A stretch of DNA of 64,000 nt. Source: Octopus sinensis. Its lineage: Eukaryota. Below, one piece after another: positions 23,646 through 35,741 of this stretch. Within the stretch, counting starts at the first letter, position 1. Each line of letters begins with the position of its first letter. Position numbers and translations under genes: made by a program. Location of the stretch: NCBI RefSeq assembly GCF_006345805.1, contig NC_042999.1, forward strand, positions 128,588,001-128,652,000, given 5' to 3'. The notes under the pieces were generated by a model. It saw nothing but the letters and a program-made list of their open reading frames with translations. It was not told the origin of the DNA and made no database searches.

Positions 23646-25444
23646 CGACAAATATAGGGACACATTTGAATATATTTACTGTAAGATATCGCAAAGAAAT
23701 CCTAAATATATTTGTTTTATTTGTTGCTGTTGTTATTGTTGTGTAGCCCCGAGGTAAGCCTTAATTGAGTAAACCTTTGATCAAAAGTATTGTAGTTGTA
23801 ACCATCCTGTCTTTTTTTAATGCGTAGTTTATCAAGAACTTCATTATCCAATGTATATTTCCATTATTAAGTCTGTTGGGTGTGATTTAAGGTAGATTTG
23901 GATAATATTCGTAGTAAGTCAAACAAAGGCTTAGAGGTTCCTTCATTGGTGCAATGGTACTGCTGCTGTAGCCGCTGTTGTGGAACTACGACGCAAAGAT
24001 AACCGACTGACCGAAGCATTCAATTTACAACGCTAACCGGTGACCTGAGATTTATTGCTAAAAACAAACACTTATTGATGAAAGTTTGACCTTTACATTG
24101 AGCAGGTGAAATGAGTACTTACAAGTTCGATCTGAGATTGACAGTGTACTCTTCTTTGTACTAATATGGAGGCACATATTAATTATATGGGCCAGAAAAG
24201 GAATAGAAATGGTCTGTTAAGCGAAAAGTTACGGCCTAATTTGTCGCAAATATGACCGTTTATAGGCATAAGCATGGGCCTGTGGTTAAGAGGTTTGATT
24301 CATAATCACGAAATACCTGATTCTATTTCACTGCATGTACCCGAGGCAATTATCTTCTAACATAGTCTAAAAATGAGCTAAGCCCTGTGAGTAGAATCAT
24401 GTAAATTGAAACTATACGAATAACTGTCAGCTAGACTATGCCTGACTGTACCTCTTCTTGGGTTGCAGAATTAATTTGTTGACCGGTTAGATATACTACA
24501 ACTAAGCCCTTAGATGCATTTAGTTAGTAGTCAGAGGGTATTCTATAAATCATGGATTTTAGCTCCATTTTATCGACACGCTTCGAGGCTACATATACAG
24601 GCACGCACGCACACACACTCACACATGTTTGTGTGCATTTGTATGTATTAATGAATTAATGGCAAAAGAACAGAAGTTACGCAATCGCCTTCGTAAGCTT
24701 ACAGTATTTACGACTCTAAGGAAATGTACATCCACTGTTGCGCGACAGTGAGAGATCTTACTGCTTCATCAGAGCATTAACGTGAAATGTTTCCTTTTTC
24801 AGGAAAGAGTTTAAATGTATAAGTTACACATACATAGTCTTAGATAGAAACATAAATTACCGAGACTTACACACACAAACACGCACACACACATAAATAA
24901 ACATATATACAAGCATATAAATAGATAGTTTTCAATCATTTAACCTTTGAGCTTCTCTGCACTCTGATCTGAATTCTAAGATCTTTTCTACCTTGATGTC
25001 GGAGGCTCATTTTATCCAATGTCGAGTGCTTAAATTACGGCTTGCATATTGCGGTGAACAACATCTCCCGAGCCCCCAGAAACAGCTGTTGGACTTATAA
25101 CACCTTACTTCCTCCCCATAAATTTTCTCTGTCGTTTACACTGTGTAAGTTTGATCTTTTAATTTAAATATCTTTTACACTCAAATATTCAGCGTCTGAA
25201 ACACTCCACTCTTTGCTTTATCATGTTTTGCATGTATACATATATATATATTTTGTATTTCATACCCAAACTGTTATATTTAATATATTTAATTTGTTTA
25301 TCAGCATAATTGCCTCCAAATATGATAACAGCAATTCACATATAAATGTGGGTTGCTAAATCTAAAACCCGCCAAATACTGCTGGAAGTGATGTTGGCCT
25401 TGGAAATTAAGTAATGTACATAGTTGTACGAATGCTTGTGTAGA

Positions 25445-25640
25445 TGGACGGACAGATGGATTGACGGGTGGATGGGTGGTTGGATTGATAGACAGATGGA
25501 TGGATTGGTGGACGGATGAATGGATTGATTGATAGATGGATGGATGGATGGATGGATGGATGGATGGATGGATGGATGGATGGATGGATAGGTGGGTGGG
25601 TGGATGAATGGATGGATAGACTGTTGGACAGATGGATATG
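25445..25640. repeat. (GATG)n microsatellite
   Basis: Direct reading. Confidence 0.93.
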
Positions 25641-25785
25641 CAAAAATGCGTACAAACAAAAGAAAATAGCATTCGACGCATTTAGTTGTATCAAGTAACA
25701 GGTTTCATCGGCACCGCATTACTTAAGATGCTGTAAACACTCAAATACTCATAGATATACATTATATGTGTGCGTATATATACGT

Positions 25786-25867
<82 letters not shown>

Positions 25868-26377
25868 ATATACATACATATTTATATTGCATGTATATAT
25901 GTATATACATGTGTGCATACGTGTGTGTGAGTGTGTGAATGCGTTTGTATGTATGTGTGTGTATGTCTATATTCCTGCCTCAGTATAGACTTAATAAACA
26001 TTTGTTAGAACGCAGTATACTTATACTTCACGTTAAGGTTCTTAGGAAGCTCTCAGTTATTACAGAGGTACTCGACTCGGAGAAGACACTTCCGAATAGC
26101 CCAGACAACTATTATGCATGTATGTATGTATATATAGCAATAATAAATCTCTGAGCGAGATATGAGCAGTAGCAACACGACATCGTGATACATATTTGCC
26201 ACCTAAAAGTGGGTGACTGATTAGGGACGATGCTACTGTAGCTTATAGCCCTAGGAAGACATCTCAGAGATTTATTATTGCTTGTTTCACCTTTTTCGAG
26301 ATCAGTGACTTTCCGTCACTGGAAAATGTATATATATTTGCATTGAGAATCACTCCCTATTGCCAGCCGGTGGTTGT

Positions 26378-26422
26378 CACGTGCTGATGACAGGTCAATA
26401 TCCAGAAACTCGGGTCCGTGTG
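26378..26422 (+). ncRNA. Minimal type-I hammerhead ribozyme motif, copy 1
   Basis: CACGTG CTGATGA CAGGTCAATATCCA GAAA C TCGG GTC CGTGTG. 6-bp stem I with two G-U pairs; weak stem II. Confidence 0.6.
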
Positions 26423-26721
26423 TATCACATCAGGCTAGAGATGGGAACGAGGATTTCCCTTTGCAAATACTGATAGGGCACAGACAGTGTGTCAATGGGC
26501 AGCTGGAAGAGATGTCTTCCTGGGGCTTTAAGCTACAGTAGCATCGTCCGTAATGGATCAGCCACTTTTAAGTGGCAAATATACATCACGCTGTCATGCT
26601 GCTATTGTTTATATATACCTCAGAGATTTATTATTGCTTGTTTTTCCTTTTTCGAGATCAGTGGCTTTCCGTCACTGGAAAAAGTATTGAGAATCACTTC
26701 TAATCGCCAGCCGGTGGATGT

Positions 26722-26766
26722 CACACGCTGATGACGGGTCAATACTCAGAAACTCGGGTCCGTGTG
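26722..26766 (+). ncRNA. Minimal type-I hammerhead ribozyme motif, copy 2
   Basis: CACACG CTGATGA C GGGT CAAT ACTC A GAAA C TCGG GTC CGTGTG. Perfect 6-bp stem I, GUC triplet, C-A mismatch at 10.1/11.1. Confidence 0.72.
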
Positions 26767-26858
26767 TATCACGTCTGGATGGTGATGCCTTCCTGGAGCT
26801 ATAAGCTACAGTAGCATCGTTAGCCGCTTTTATGTAGCAAATATATATATATATATAT

Positions 26859-26906
<48 letters not shown>

Positions 26907-27530
26907 TACACGGCTAAACATTAACATCACGCTTAAAACTCGCATAACATGAATATGTTTATTCAACCATTTTTTGTGTGTGTGTGTGTCTAAAAACCTA
27001 ATTCAGTTTACTGGAACCCAATAAATATTCGATGTTTAAAAAAGTCTCATGAGAATTTAATAGTTAGACATTATTAGGAATTATATATAAAAAAATTTAA
27101 TATTTTGTGTATTGTGGAAGTATAATCAATTTACTGGACATAAATTTTAACAGCAAAATTTTATATGCTCCCCCAAAGGTCATGTGAATCCTGATTGAGA
27201 ACCACTGAATTAGTCCGATATGTTTGATCCGTGATAATCGATACCAATAAAAGCACAAGGACAGAAAATTTGGGGTAGAGTTTAGTCAAGAAACTTGACC
27301 GCCGTACATGAATGCTAACTTTATTTTATTGATTCTGAAACGATGAAAGTAAAAACTGGCTTTGGCAGGATTTTATCCCATGTAATGTCGGTAGGAATTG
27401 GCATTTTGTCTGACACTTTAGCTTTTCTACCAATATACCAACTTGTCTGTTCTGTAGTAATAGTAATAGAAACCATATCTGCGCGCTCGCGCGCGTGTGT
27501 GTGTGTATGTGTGTGTGTGTGTGTGTGTGT

Positions 27531-27844
27531 CACTGTATTACGGTATAGAGAAGATTACCAGACGTTATTACACACTGCTAATCGCAATGCGCTTCGCATT
27601 GTTGGCCTGCCCGCATAAACCCTGGTGGCTATCTAGGAGGGCAGGCCAACATTTACCCTGAACGAAACGCAAGTCCATCACAGGGTTATCCATTTGCAGC
27701 TGAATGGAATAGAGCAACGTTAAATGAAGTGTTTTACTCAGGAACACAATTCGCAGCCGGTCTGGGAATTGAAACTGCGACCTCGTGACTGTATGTACAG
27801 CACCCTAATCATTAGGCTGTATGCCTTCACACATACACACACGC

Positions 27845-27910
<66 letters not shown>

Positions 27911-27938
27911 TGTATGTATGTATGTATGTATGTATGTA

Positions 27939-28001
<63 letters not shown>

Positions 28002-28345
28002 GTGTGTGTGGTGTGTGTGTCACTGTATTACGGTATAGAGAAGATTACCAGACGTTATTACACACTGCTAATCGCAATGCGCTTCGCATTGTTGGCCTGC
28101 CCGCATAAACCCTGGTGGCTATCTAGGAGGGCAGGCCAACATTTACCCTGAACGAAACGCAAGTCCATCACAGGGTTATCCATTTGCAGCTGAATGGAAT
28201 AGAGCAACGTTAAATGAAGTGTTTTTACTTACTACTCAGGAACACAATTCGCAGCCGGTCTGGGAATTGAAACTGCGACCTGGACCTCGTGACTGTATGT
28301 ACAGCACCCTAATCATTAGGCTGTATGCCTTCACACATACACACA

Positions 28346-28403
<58 letters not shown>

Positions 28404-28447
28404 ATGTATGTATGTATTATGTATGTATGTATGTATGTATGTATGTA

Positions 28448-28510
<63 letters not shown>

Positions 28511-28530
28511 GTGTGTGTGTGTGTGTGTGA
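27531..28530 (+). repeat. Near-identical tandem duplication (period 490 bp) of a SINE remnant plus microsatellites
   Basis: cactgtattacggtatagag starts at both 27531 and 28021; the copies differ mainly by small indels. Confidence 0.9.
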
Positions 28531-30589
28531 AGAAAGGGAAAACTGTAAATGTGCACATAAATGTAAATTCATAAGGACCAAAATACTGAAGGGCAGTTCA
28601 TGGGTTATGAATGCAAATCATCTGCTATCTTTCCGGTTTAGTTTCGAGGCTGGCAGATAATTCACTTCATCAGTGTATCAGGTATTGGTTACCGAGTTTC
28701 TAGAATTATCAACTGTCGGATATATTTAATCACCAGCCGTAAGTAATTTATTCTATTTATTGTACTTTGAAGAGTTTCAAATAACGAACCGTTAAAAAGA
28801 AGCTAATTTACCATTCGGAATTTCAACAGTCTATATTCTATTTCTGATGTGTTTATGATGAATACTCTTCGCTACTACTGACTCTTCTTACATAATTAAG
28901 ATTAGATCCAGTAAGATGTTGCAGCTTTCCACTGATTGCAATATCGAGTGGCTTATAATGAACAAATGGTAATGTTTTTAAATTTCCTTGCGAGAATGAA
29001 ATGAAAGGTAGAAAATCAACTCTTGTGTATAGTAGTGGGGTGAACTTAGAAGATTTTATTGTTAATTTTATTAAGCTGAGCAAGCGTGCGAAAGCTCCTT
29101 CGCTGATTCTTTCACCCGATTACCTGCGTGTCATATGTGAGTTAGCGTTAATCAGTTGAATCAGTTGAAAATTCCTCAAGAGTATTAACGCTGTAACTGA
29201 ATCTGCATTTGTCAAGAATCTAAACCAATTTGCATTACTGGTCCGCTGAGAACCGTCCTCAAAGTCTACATCGATCTCTCTAATATAAATAAATATCTAA
29301 ATAACTAACTAATGAAATAAATACATAGATAAATAAATAAACAAGTGAAGTTTGGATGCAAAAACAGTAAAGCATTATTTCTTTGTTCTCAACGTTCTAA
29401 ACTTTTATCTAGTCTTTTGTCGACTTTGCCTTTCATATATTAATAAAAACATAATAAACCAGTTATTGTAGTTGTTGATTAGATCCAGTTTAGCTGAGAT
29501 CGAAAAGAGCTATGATCAAATGTAATCCATTTGTGATAATCTCTGATTTTTTCAGGTATGCTGTACTGTGAACTATATTCCCAAGTGTTTCTGTTTTTCA
29601 GATGGATCGATTGACCACGTTGAAGTTCCTTCAAATATCAGTTGTTATTGCAGCGATTGAGCACATCTATTATCAAAAGTATTCAATCGAGTTTTATTTT
29701 TGCTTTTGTTTTTATCACCAAGTGCAATAGAGCTAATACTATAATCATTCAACATGTTCTTCCTTTCTGAGGACTATGGGCACAATTCGAAGGACATTTG
29801 ATTTCTGGCTGTTTCTTGCTGGTAAAGTAACTACGTAGAACGTCCCCTCACTCATCTCATCAAGTATCCTAACTATAGTTAGGACAGTGACTTGGCAGAA
29901 TCATTACAGCATCGAAGAATTTTTGTTGCAGCTTCTTGCATTCTGAGTTCAAATCACCTCCGGATAAAATAAACTACGAGTCACGTCCTGGAGTCGATAT
30001 GATCAACTAGTCACTTCGGTGAAATTTGAGGTCTTGTGCCTATATAAGTACATTTTTCTTTTGATTCATTGCAGTCGACTAAAAGACCTCTAGAACAACT
30101 GTTCTTGTACCTAATGAAAAGAAACCAGCACAAAAAGACAAGTAACAGTCGCGTACTAAGGTGAGCTACTAGAATATTATTACGCTGTTTACCAAGAAAC
30201 GTCTAACCTTAGTCTAAAGTAAGCAAAACATTATTAAAGGGATTAATATCTAAGCTTCCACGTTCTGAGCTTATACCTCGCCAGGGATTAACTTAGCCTC
30301 TTTATGAAGATAACGAGAAAGGAATGTATCAGTTACACCAGATCCATTGAACATACAAATTATAACAAAACCAAACATATGAAATAACAAAAAAACATTA
30401 TACAAACTAAAGGCGCACCCTCACGTCTATGTAAGCGTGTATGTACGTATATGTGTATGTGTGTGTGTGTGTGTGGATATATATATACTGTTTCGAATTT
30501 GTGTGAATGTGTATAAAATAATGTATCAGTTGAATAAAGTTATATATATATATATAAATATACATCAATTTAAAAAAAAAACTAAAATA

Positions 30590-30900
30590 AGAGTATACAA
30601 ATCTAGTATTATGAACACACTTTTGTACGGGGCAGGAGTATGGACTCCCAACTACAGACATATGAAGAAACTTAAGCCCTTTCACATGTGCTGTCTGTGC
30701 AATATCTGCATCATAAAATGGCAAGATAGGATATCAAATGTCAAAATTTTAGAAAAATGCAGTTATCTCCAGTATCAAAAGCATGTTATTGAAAGTTCAG
30801 TGCAATTGGGTAGGGCATGTACGAATGAAAGATTATCGCTTTCCAGAAATTCTTTTGTGTGGCCAACAAGCAGAGTGATACTGCGATTAAAGAAGATCCA
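30590..30900 (+). mobile_element. RTE-type LINE fragment (region downstream of RT)
   Basis: KTKIRVYKSSIMNTLLYGAGVWT…FHMCCLCNICIIKWQDRISNVKILEK. Confidence 0.75.
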
Positions 30901-31225
30901 TCCTTAGGTATAAGAATAAGTTGATGCACTCAAGAAAACTACAGCTTAAATTGACTTCTTAGGAAAGTTATTGCCTAGATCGATCTGCGTGGCATAAAAT
31001 GTATCATGATGCATCACAGGAATTCGAGTTGAAAAAAAAAAAATAGAACAATAAAAGAGTTATAACCTGCAATCAACAGACACACTTGTCCAATCTCAGG
31101 CAAAATCAAAGTCATCAGTGTCCTCAATATGACTTCATAGCAAACTCCAGACCTGGACTCAAATTACATTCATGCATCTATCGCAAATAAATAGTTTCTC
31201 TATATTCAATCCTCTTTTTTTCTTA

Positions 31226-31440
31226 AGGCGGCGAGCTGTCAGAAACGTGAGCACGCCGGGCGAAAGGCTTAGCAATATTTTGTCTGTCTTCATGTTCTGA
31301 GTTCAAATTCCGCCGAGGTCAACTTTACCTTTCACCCTTTTCGGAACGATCAATTAAGTACCAGTTGCGTACTGCAGTCGATTTAATTGACCAGCCCCAC
31401 TCCCCAAAAATTTCGGGCCTTGTGCCTAGAGTAGAAAAGA
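31226..31440 (+). mobile_element. SINE family A copy
   Basis: aaggcggcgagctgtcagaaacg…ttctgagttcaaattccgccgagg…ggccttgtgcctagagtagaaaaga. Confidence 0.88.
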
Positions 31441-31532
31441 ATCCTCTTTTTTGTTTTCTTTCTTTTAATCCTTTCCTTCAAACTCTCATACGTCGAAATA
31501 GACAGGAGTAACCATCAATATAAATATATATA

Positions 31533-31604
<72 letters not shown>

Positions 31605-31700
31605 CATATGTATATATACAGACTCATACACAGACTCACACACACACATACATACATGTGCGTGTGTGTGTGTATGTGCACAAGATATATATATATATAT

Positions 31701-31760
<60 letters not shown>

Positions 31761-31833
31761 TGTTTGCTTGTGTGTGCGTGTGTATGTGAGGTGAGGTGAC
31801 AAAAAGAATAGCAGTAATGGCAAGAATACTCAC

Positions 31834-32076
31834 CGACCTCTCGGCTTCCCTAACCATGTTAGCATATATTTCCAAGTTTTGCCGTATCACACGTAATGCT
31901 TCGTATCTACTGACGTTTTGCACACGCGGGGGTTTGATCGGTATGTGCTCGTAAACGGCACCGCTATACGTATCGTACATATTGGCGTTGCGATCGTAGT
32001 CCGTATAGGCTGCTACAGTAGCAAAAAGCAATAGAAGGCTTCCAAACAGCCCCTTATTACCACCGAGTTCGACCAT
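31834..32076 (-). CDS. Vanin/biotinidase-family protein, coding exon 1 (81 aa: signal peptide and N-terminal nitrilase strand)
   Basis: ATG at 32076-32074. Hydrophobic signal LFGSLLLLFATVAA, family motif YSGAVYEH, then EALRVIRQNLEIYANMVREAERS, ending at a TCG|GTGAGT donor (31834/31833), phase 0. Confidence 0.9.
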
Positions 32077-32119
32077 TATTGCCAGATGAGCTCCGTCCGC
32101 ACTGGGTGAGTTTTCGCAA

Positions 32120-32200
32120 CCGACTGAACGTATTTTTGTTCAACCGAGATCAGACTGAACACTTGAAACAATGACGTTCTTGTGCCACTATAGAAGCGAT
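32120..32200 (-). promoter_or_regulatory. Possible core promoter/Initiator of the vanin-like gene
   Basis: Two TCAGTC Inr-like hexamers on the minus strand (32158-32153 and 32127-32122), about 50-80 nt upstream of the ATG in a CpG-richer stretch. Motif match only. Confidence 0.3.
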
Positions 32201-32494
32201 AAACTGTTACGTTTGTTTGGTGTGCATGTCAGGGACGGGGCTGTGTGCGATGTGAGTGTATTTAGGAGTGTCCGTTTAAGTGTGAGATGCGAAATGGAGG
32301 GAGAGTATATGCGTGCATTTGCGAGAAAGAGAGAGAGGGAAGAGGGAGACCAAAGTGCAGAGAGGCATATGCTCACTTAATCTTCGTTGTTTAATGTTAT
32401 ATTAAATGAAAGTAGAGTATTTTTAGATATATTTGAAAAAAACTATAAAGCGTGTATGTGTGTGTGCGAAAGAGAGAGAGAGGGAGAGGGAGAG

Positions 32495-32531
32495 AGAGAT
32501 AAAGAAAGAAAGAAAGAAAAAAGAAAAAACA

Positions 32532-32583
<52 letters not shown>

Positions 32584-32597
32584 AGAAAGAAAGAAAA

Positions 32598-32628
<31 letters not shown>

Positions 32629-32630
32629 GA

Positions 32631-32682
<52 letters not shown>

Positions 32683-32715
32683 AAAAGAGAAAGAAAGAAA
32701 GAAAGAAAGAAAGAC
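32495..32715. repeat. (GAAA)n microsatellite
   Basis: Direct reading. Confidence 0.96.
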
Positions 32716-32887
32716 AGAGAGCTGGAGACAGAGGTGATAGAATAGTTCAAGTGAGTGAAAATAGTTTGAGAGCCGGAGATGCGGGGTAAAGAAAGGAAAA
32801 TGAAAAATGTAAAAAAAAATAACACCCTCAATATATCTCTCTCTGCTAATCGACTTTGACTTTCTCTTCCTATCCTCTTATCCTCCT

Positions 32888-32935
<48 letters not shown>

Positions 32936-33214
32936 TATCAGCAGCATCACCGCCACCACCACCATCATTACCATGCAAAATCACCATATTTCCACTACCA
33001 TCAGTATTATCTTCGCTCTCATGTTTTTCAACATCGTTATCGTCGTCATCGCCGTAATCTTATAATACTCGTTTGTTTATTTGCCATGGGGTGATGCTTT
33101 AAGGGACATTTCATAAACAAATAACAAAAACAGTCCTGATTTCTTGGAACGATGAAGCAGTCCCAAACACCCCTCTAATCTTGATATCTCGCCATTGTTG
33201 TTCCTACTTGTCTT

Positions 33215-33510
33215 TGGCAAAAATATTTTTGTTGCTCATAATTTCTCTAATGTTTCAGGCATCTGTTCGCGAATGTTTGGAGTGTTCATTTGCCGTGACT
33301 TAGCACCATATACCAGAACGGATTTGACACTGATATTGAAAATTCTTAACTTAATTCGTTTTGACAGAGCCTTTACTTTCCACATAGGCTTTAGAATATT
33401 AAAAACTTGTCTCGCTTTTCCAAATCTCGTTTTGACCATCTCCTTTGTACCACCAGTTGTTGACCATACGCTTCTTTGATATATGAACTGTTTCACTTCG
33501 TCCAACATGA
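33215..33510 (-). mobile_element. RTE-type LINE fragment
   Basis: GGTKEMVKTRFGKARQVFNILKPMW…KLRIFNISVKSVLVYG. Confidence 0.8.
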
Positions 33511-34009
33511 GATTCTTCGACCATTATAGAATCAGAGTCATTGCTTCCAATTTTCATGATCTATACCTAACGTTAACCCTTAGTTTCGGCTTCACTATTA
33601 CTTCTGAATGTCTGTCTTTCTCTGCATGTCTTGAACATTCTGAGAAATCAAGTAAATGTTATTCGCTAAGTCTAGACACTCAAGCGTATGCTCTCGGGTA
33701 AAGAAAGGTAGTGAGGCAATCCTCCTGAGGATTCGGGATGATTTATTTCATGTTGCTCCATTTCACTCACCTGTAGAAACGAGTTGCTACGTCACTGGTG
33801 CCAAGCTGTATCGGCCTTTGTCCTTCTCTTGGATAACTTTGATGGCGTGGAGAGTGGCTGGGGGCTGGTAAGCATGGGCGACTGTTGGTTTTCCAGAAAA
33901 CAATCTTGCTCAGACTTGTGCCTCGGCGGGGAACTTTCTAGGTGCAACCCCATGGTCATTCATGACCGAAGGGAGCCTTTACACTTTTACCCTTTTTACA
34001 TAGATACAC

Positions 34010-34085
<76 letters not shown>

Positions 34086-34090
<5 letters not shown>

Positions 34091-34366
34091 ATATAATTCG
34101 AGACAAAACCACTACTTTGCAAAACAAACAAGGAAAGACTTAATCAATACATAAAAATTTTTAATATAAAGAAATAAACCGCCACTACAATCGTTTCATA
34201 AATTAAAACAGATTAGGAGATCGAAAGTCCACCTGACGAATGTCATTGAAGACATGAAACGATTGTAGTGGCGGTTTATTTCTTTATATTAAAAATTTTT
34301 ATGTATTGATTAAGTCTTTCCTTGTTTGTTTTGCAAATAGTGGTTTTGTCTCGAATTATATTATAT
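34086..34366. repeat. Inverted repeat (114/113-bp arms, 54-bp spacer), Penelope pseudo-LTR-like
   Basis: 34086-34199 is the reverse complement of 34254-34366 apart from a 1-nt indel; abuts a (TA)n tract. Confidence 0.92.
34229..34271 (+). ncRNA. Minimal type-I hammerhead ribozyme motif
   Basis: CCAC CTGACGA ATGTC ATTGAA GACAT GAAA C GATT GTA GTGG. Intact core, 5-bp stem II, 4-bp stem I, GUA triplet (cut after 34267). Confidence 0.8.
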
Positions 34367-34450
34367 AATATTTTACTATAGAATTGGATTTAATCCTAAA
34401 TCTGATTTTTCCCTGTAAATTTGGATTTATTCCCTAATATTTATTATTAT

Positions 34451-34492
<42 letters not shown>

Positions 34493-34493
<1 letters not shown>

Positions 34494-34545
34494 CTAGCTT
34501 AAGGTGACCCGCTCTACGCGCGGGTAAGAGTGTGGTTGTTATTTT
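34493..34545 (-). mobile_element. Helitron 3' end fragment
   Basis: Minus strand cccgc-gcgtaga-gcggg hairpin, then caccttaagCTAG|T. Confidence 0.55.
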
Positions 34546-34549
34546 CTGT

Positions 34550-34885
34550 TGCATCCTTTCGGCACGTAAAAAGCACCATCCGAACGTGACCGATGGCAGC
34601 GCCGCCTTGACTGGCTTCTGTGCCGGTGGCACGTAAAAAGCACCAACCGATCGTGGCCGCTGCCAGTGCCCCTCTCCCCGTGGCACCTGTGCCGGTGGCA
34701 CGTAAAAAACACCCACTACACTCACGGAGTGGTTGGCGTTAGGAAGGGCATCCAGCTGTAGAAACACTGCCAGATCAGACTGGAGCCTGGTGCAGCCTCC
34801 TGGCTTCCCAGATCCCGGTCAAACCGTCCAACCCATGCTAGCACGGAAAACGGACGTTAAACGATGATGATGATGATAATGATTA
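34550..34885 (+). mobile_element. SINE-like retroposon with internal ggcacgtaaaaagcacc repeats and a (GAT)n tail
   Basis: Three ggcacgtaaaaa(g/a)cacc units, then ggcgttaggaagggcatccagctgtagaaac…ggacgttaaacgatgatgatg. Confidence 0.75.
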
Positions 34886-35164
34886 TCCCTCTTTGTTTCT
34901 CTCTCCTTTCTCTCTCCCTTTCCCACTCTCTCACTCTTCCTTTCTCTCGGACTCTCCCTCGCATTCTCTTACTCTCTATCTTTCTCTATCTATCTCTCTC
35001 CCATTTATAAACAACAAAAGATCTTGAGTAAGTTGAGAAAGAAAGTAGTTTGAAAGAGCAATCATAAACATCAGGCAGGGACAACGGAAAGGTCTGCTTC
35101 AAGGCAGAAAGCAAAACACTAACATTTAAAAACGACAGACGAACTTGCGAGCTGAATAAAAATT

Positions 35165-35462
35165 AAAAAATATTGGAAACCAAAGTTTGAAAGGATAGAA
35201 TCTGAGGATAGTAGTGTCACCATGGCTGGCATTTCTTAACGGCGGACAGTAACATAGTGGCAGTTTAACGGCTGGCGTAAAATTTTGAACTTGATGTAAA
35301 AGAAAATTCCTAAACACCAAGCTTTGAAGTGATTCTTTCTCACGACAGTAGACTCGCCATGGCAAGCATTCAAAACTTCTTCATCATGGACGGCAACACA
35401 TTGACGATTTAAAGGCTGGCGCAAATTTTTTAGCTTCATGTAACAGAGAATTCCTAAACACC
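35165..35462 (+). repeat. Diverged tandem repeat, ~140-150-bp unit, about two copies
   Basis: ccatggc…ggctggcg(t/c)aaa.tttt…aattcctaaacacc recurs at ~35220-35317 and ~35357-35462. Confidence 0.7.
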
Positions 35463-35693
35463 CGCTCCTGTAAATTTTAATCCCCTTCCAGCCCCATTTA
35501 GACCTCTTTTCACATTTTGGTTAATATAACCCGATTTCATTCAGGTCTACTCAGGTGACATTTTATAAGATGAGGAATTTTGTCCTAGAGGTCACGCCTT
35601 TCATTTGAGGAAAAAATAGTTGCCATGCAAACTCGCCAGCACTTTTAACATAGGTGTGCATATTTTCAGCACAACAGACCACATAATGCACAC

Positions 35694-35741
<48 letters not shown>

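Larger units (their letters stand above)
26160..26845 (+). mobile_element. Non-autonomous Penelope/retrozyme-like unit: inverted partial copy plus about two tandem ~350-bp units
   Basis: 26263-26435 repeats at 26619-26775, and 26512-26550 repeats at ~26782-26820. 26160-26264 is the reverse complement of ~26511-26612. One hammerhead core per unit; no ORF. Confidence 0.75.
18387..31833 (-). other. Intron (13,447 bp) of the vanin/biotinidase-like gene
   Basis: GTGAGT donor and polypyrimidine-CAG acceptor join the two exons in frame (…AERS|RADVIVFPE…). I saw no additional family-like exon in between. Confidence 0.85.

Noticed and set aside
24730-24780. Minus-strand CTGATGA-A-GCAGT…ACTGT
   Set aside because: GAAA and stems I/III are missing; at best an unrecognisable relic.
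27655-27690. ctgaac-GAAAC-GCAA-GTC motif
   Set aside because: The CUGANGA core and stem II are absent; it is part of a SINE domain also seen near 43880.
31636-31833. C-terminal part of the 146-aa ORF
   Set aside because: It lies beyond the GTGAGT donor and runs into microsatellites.
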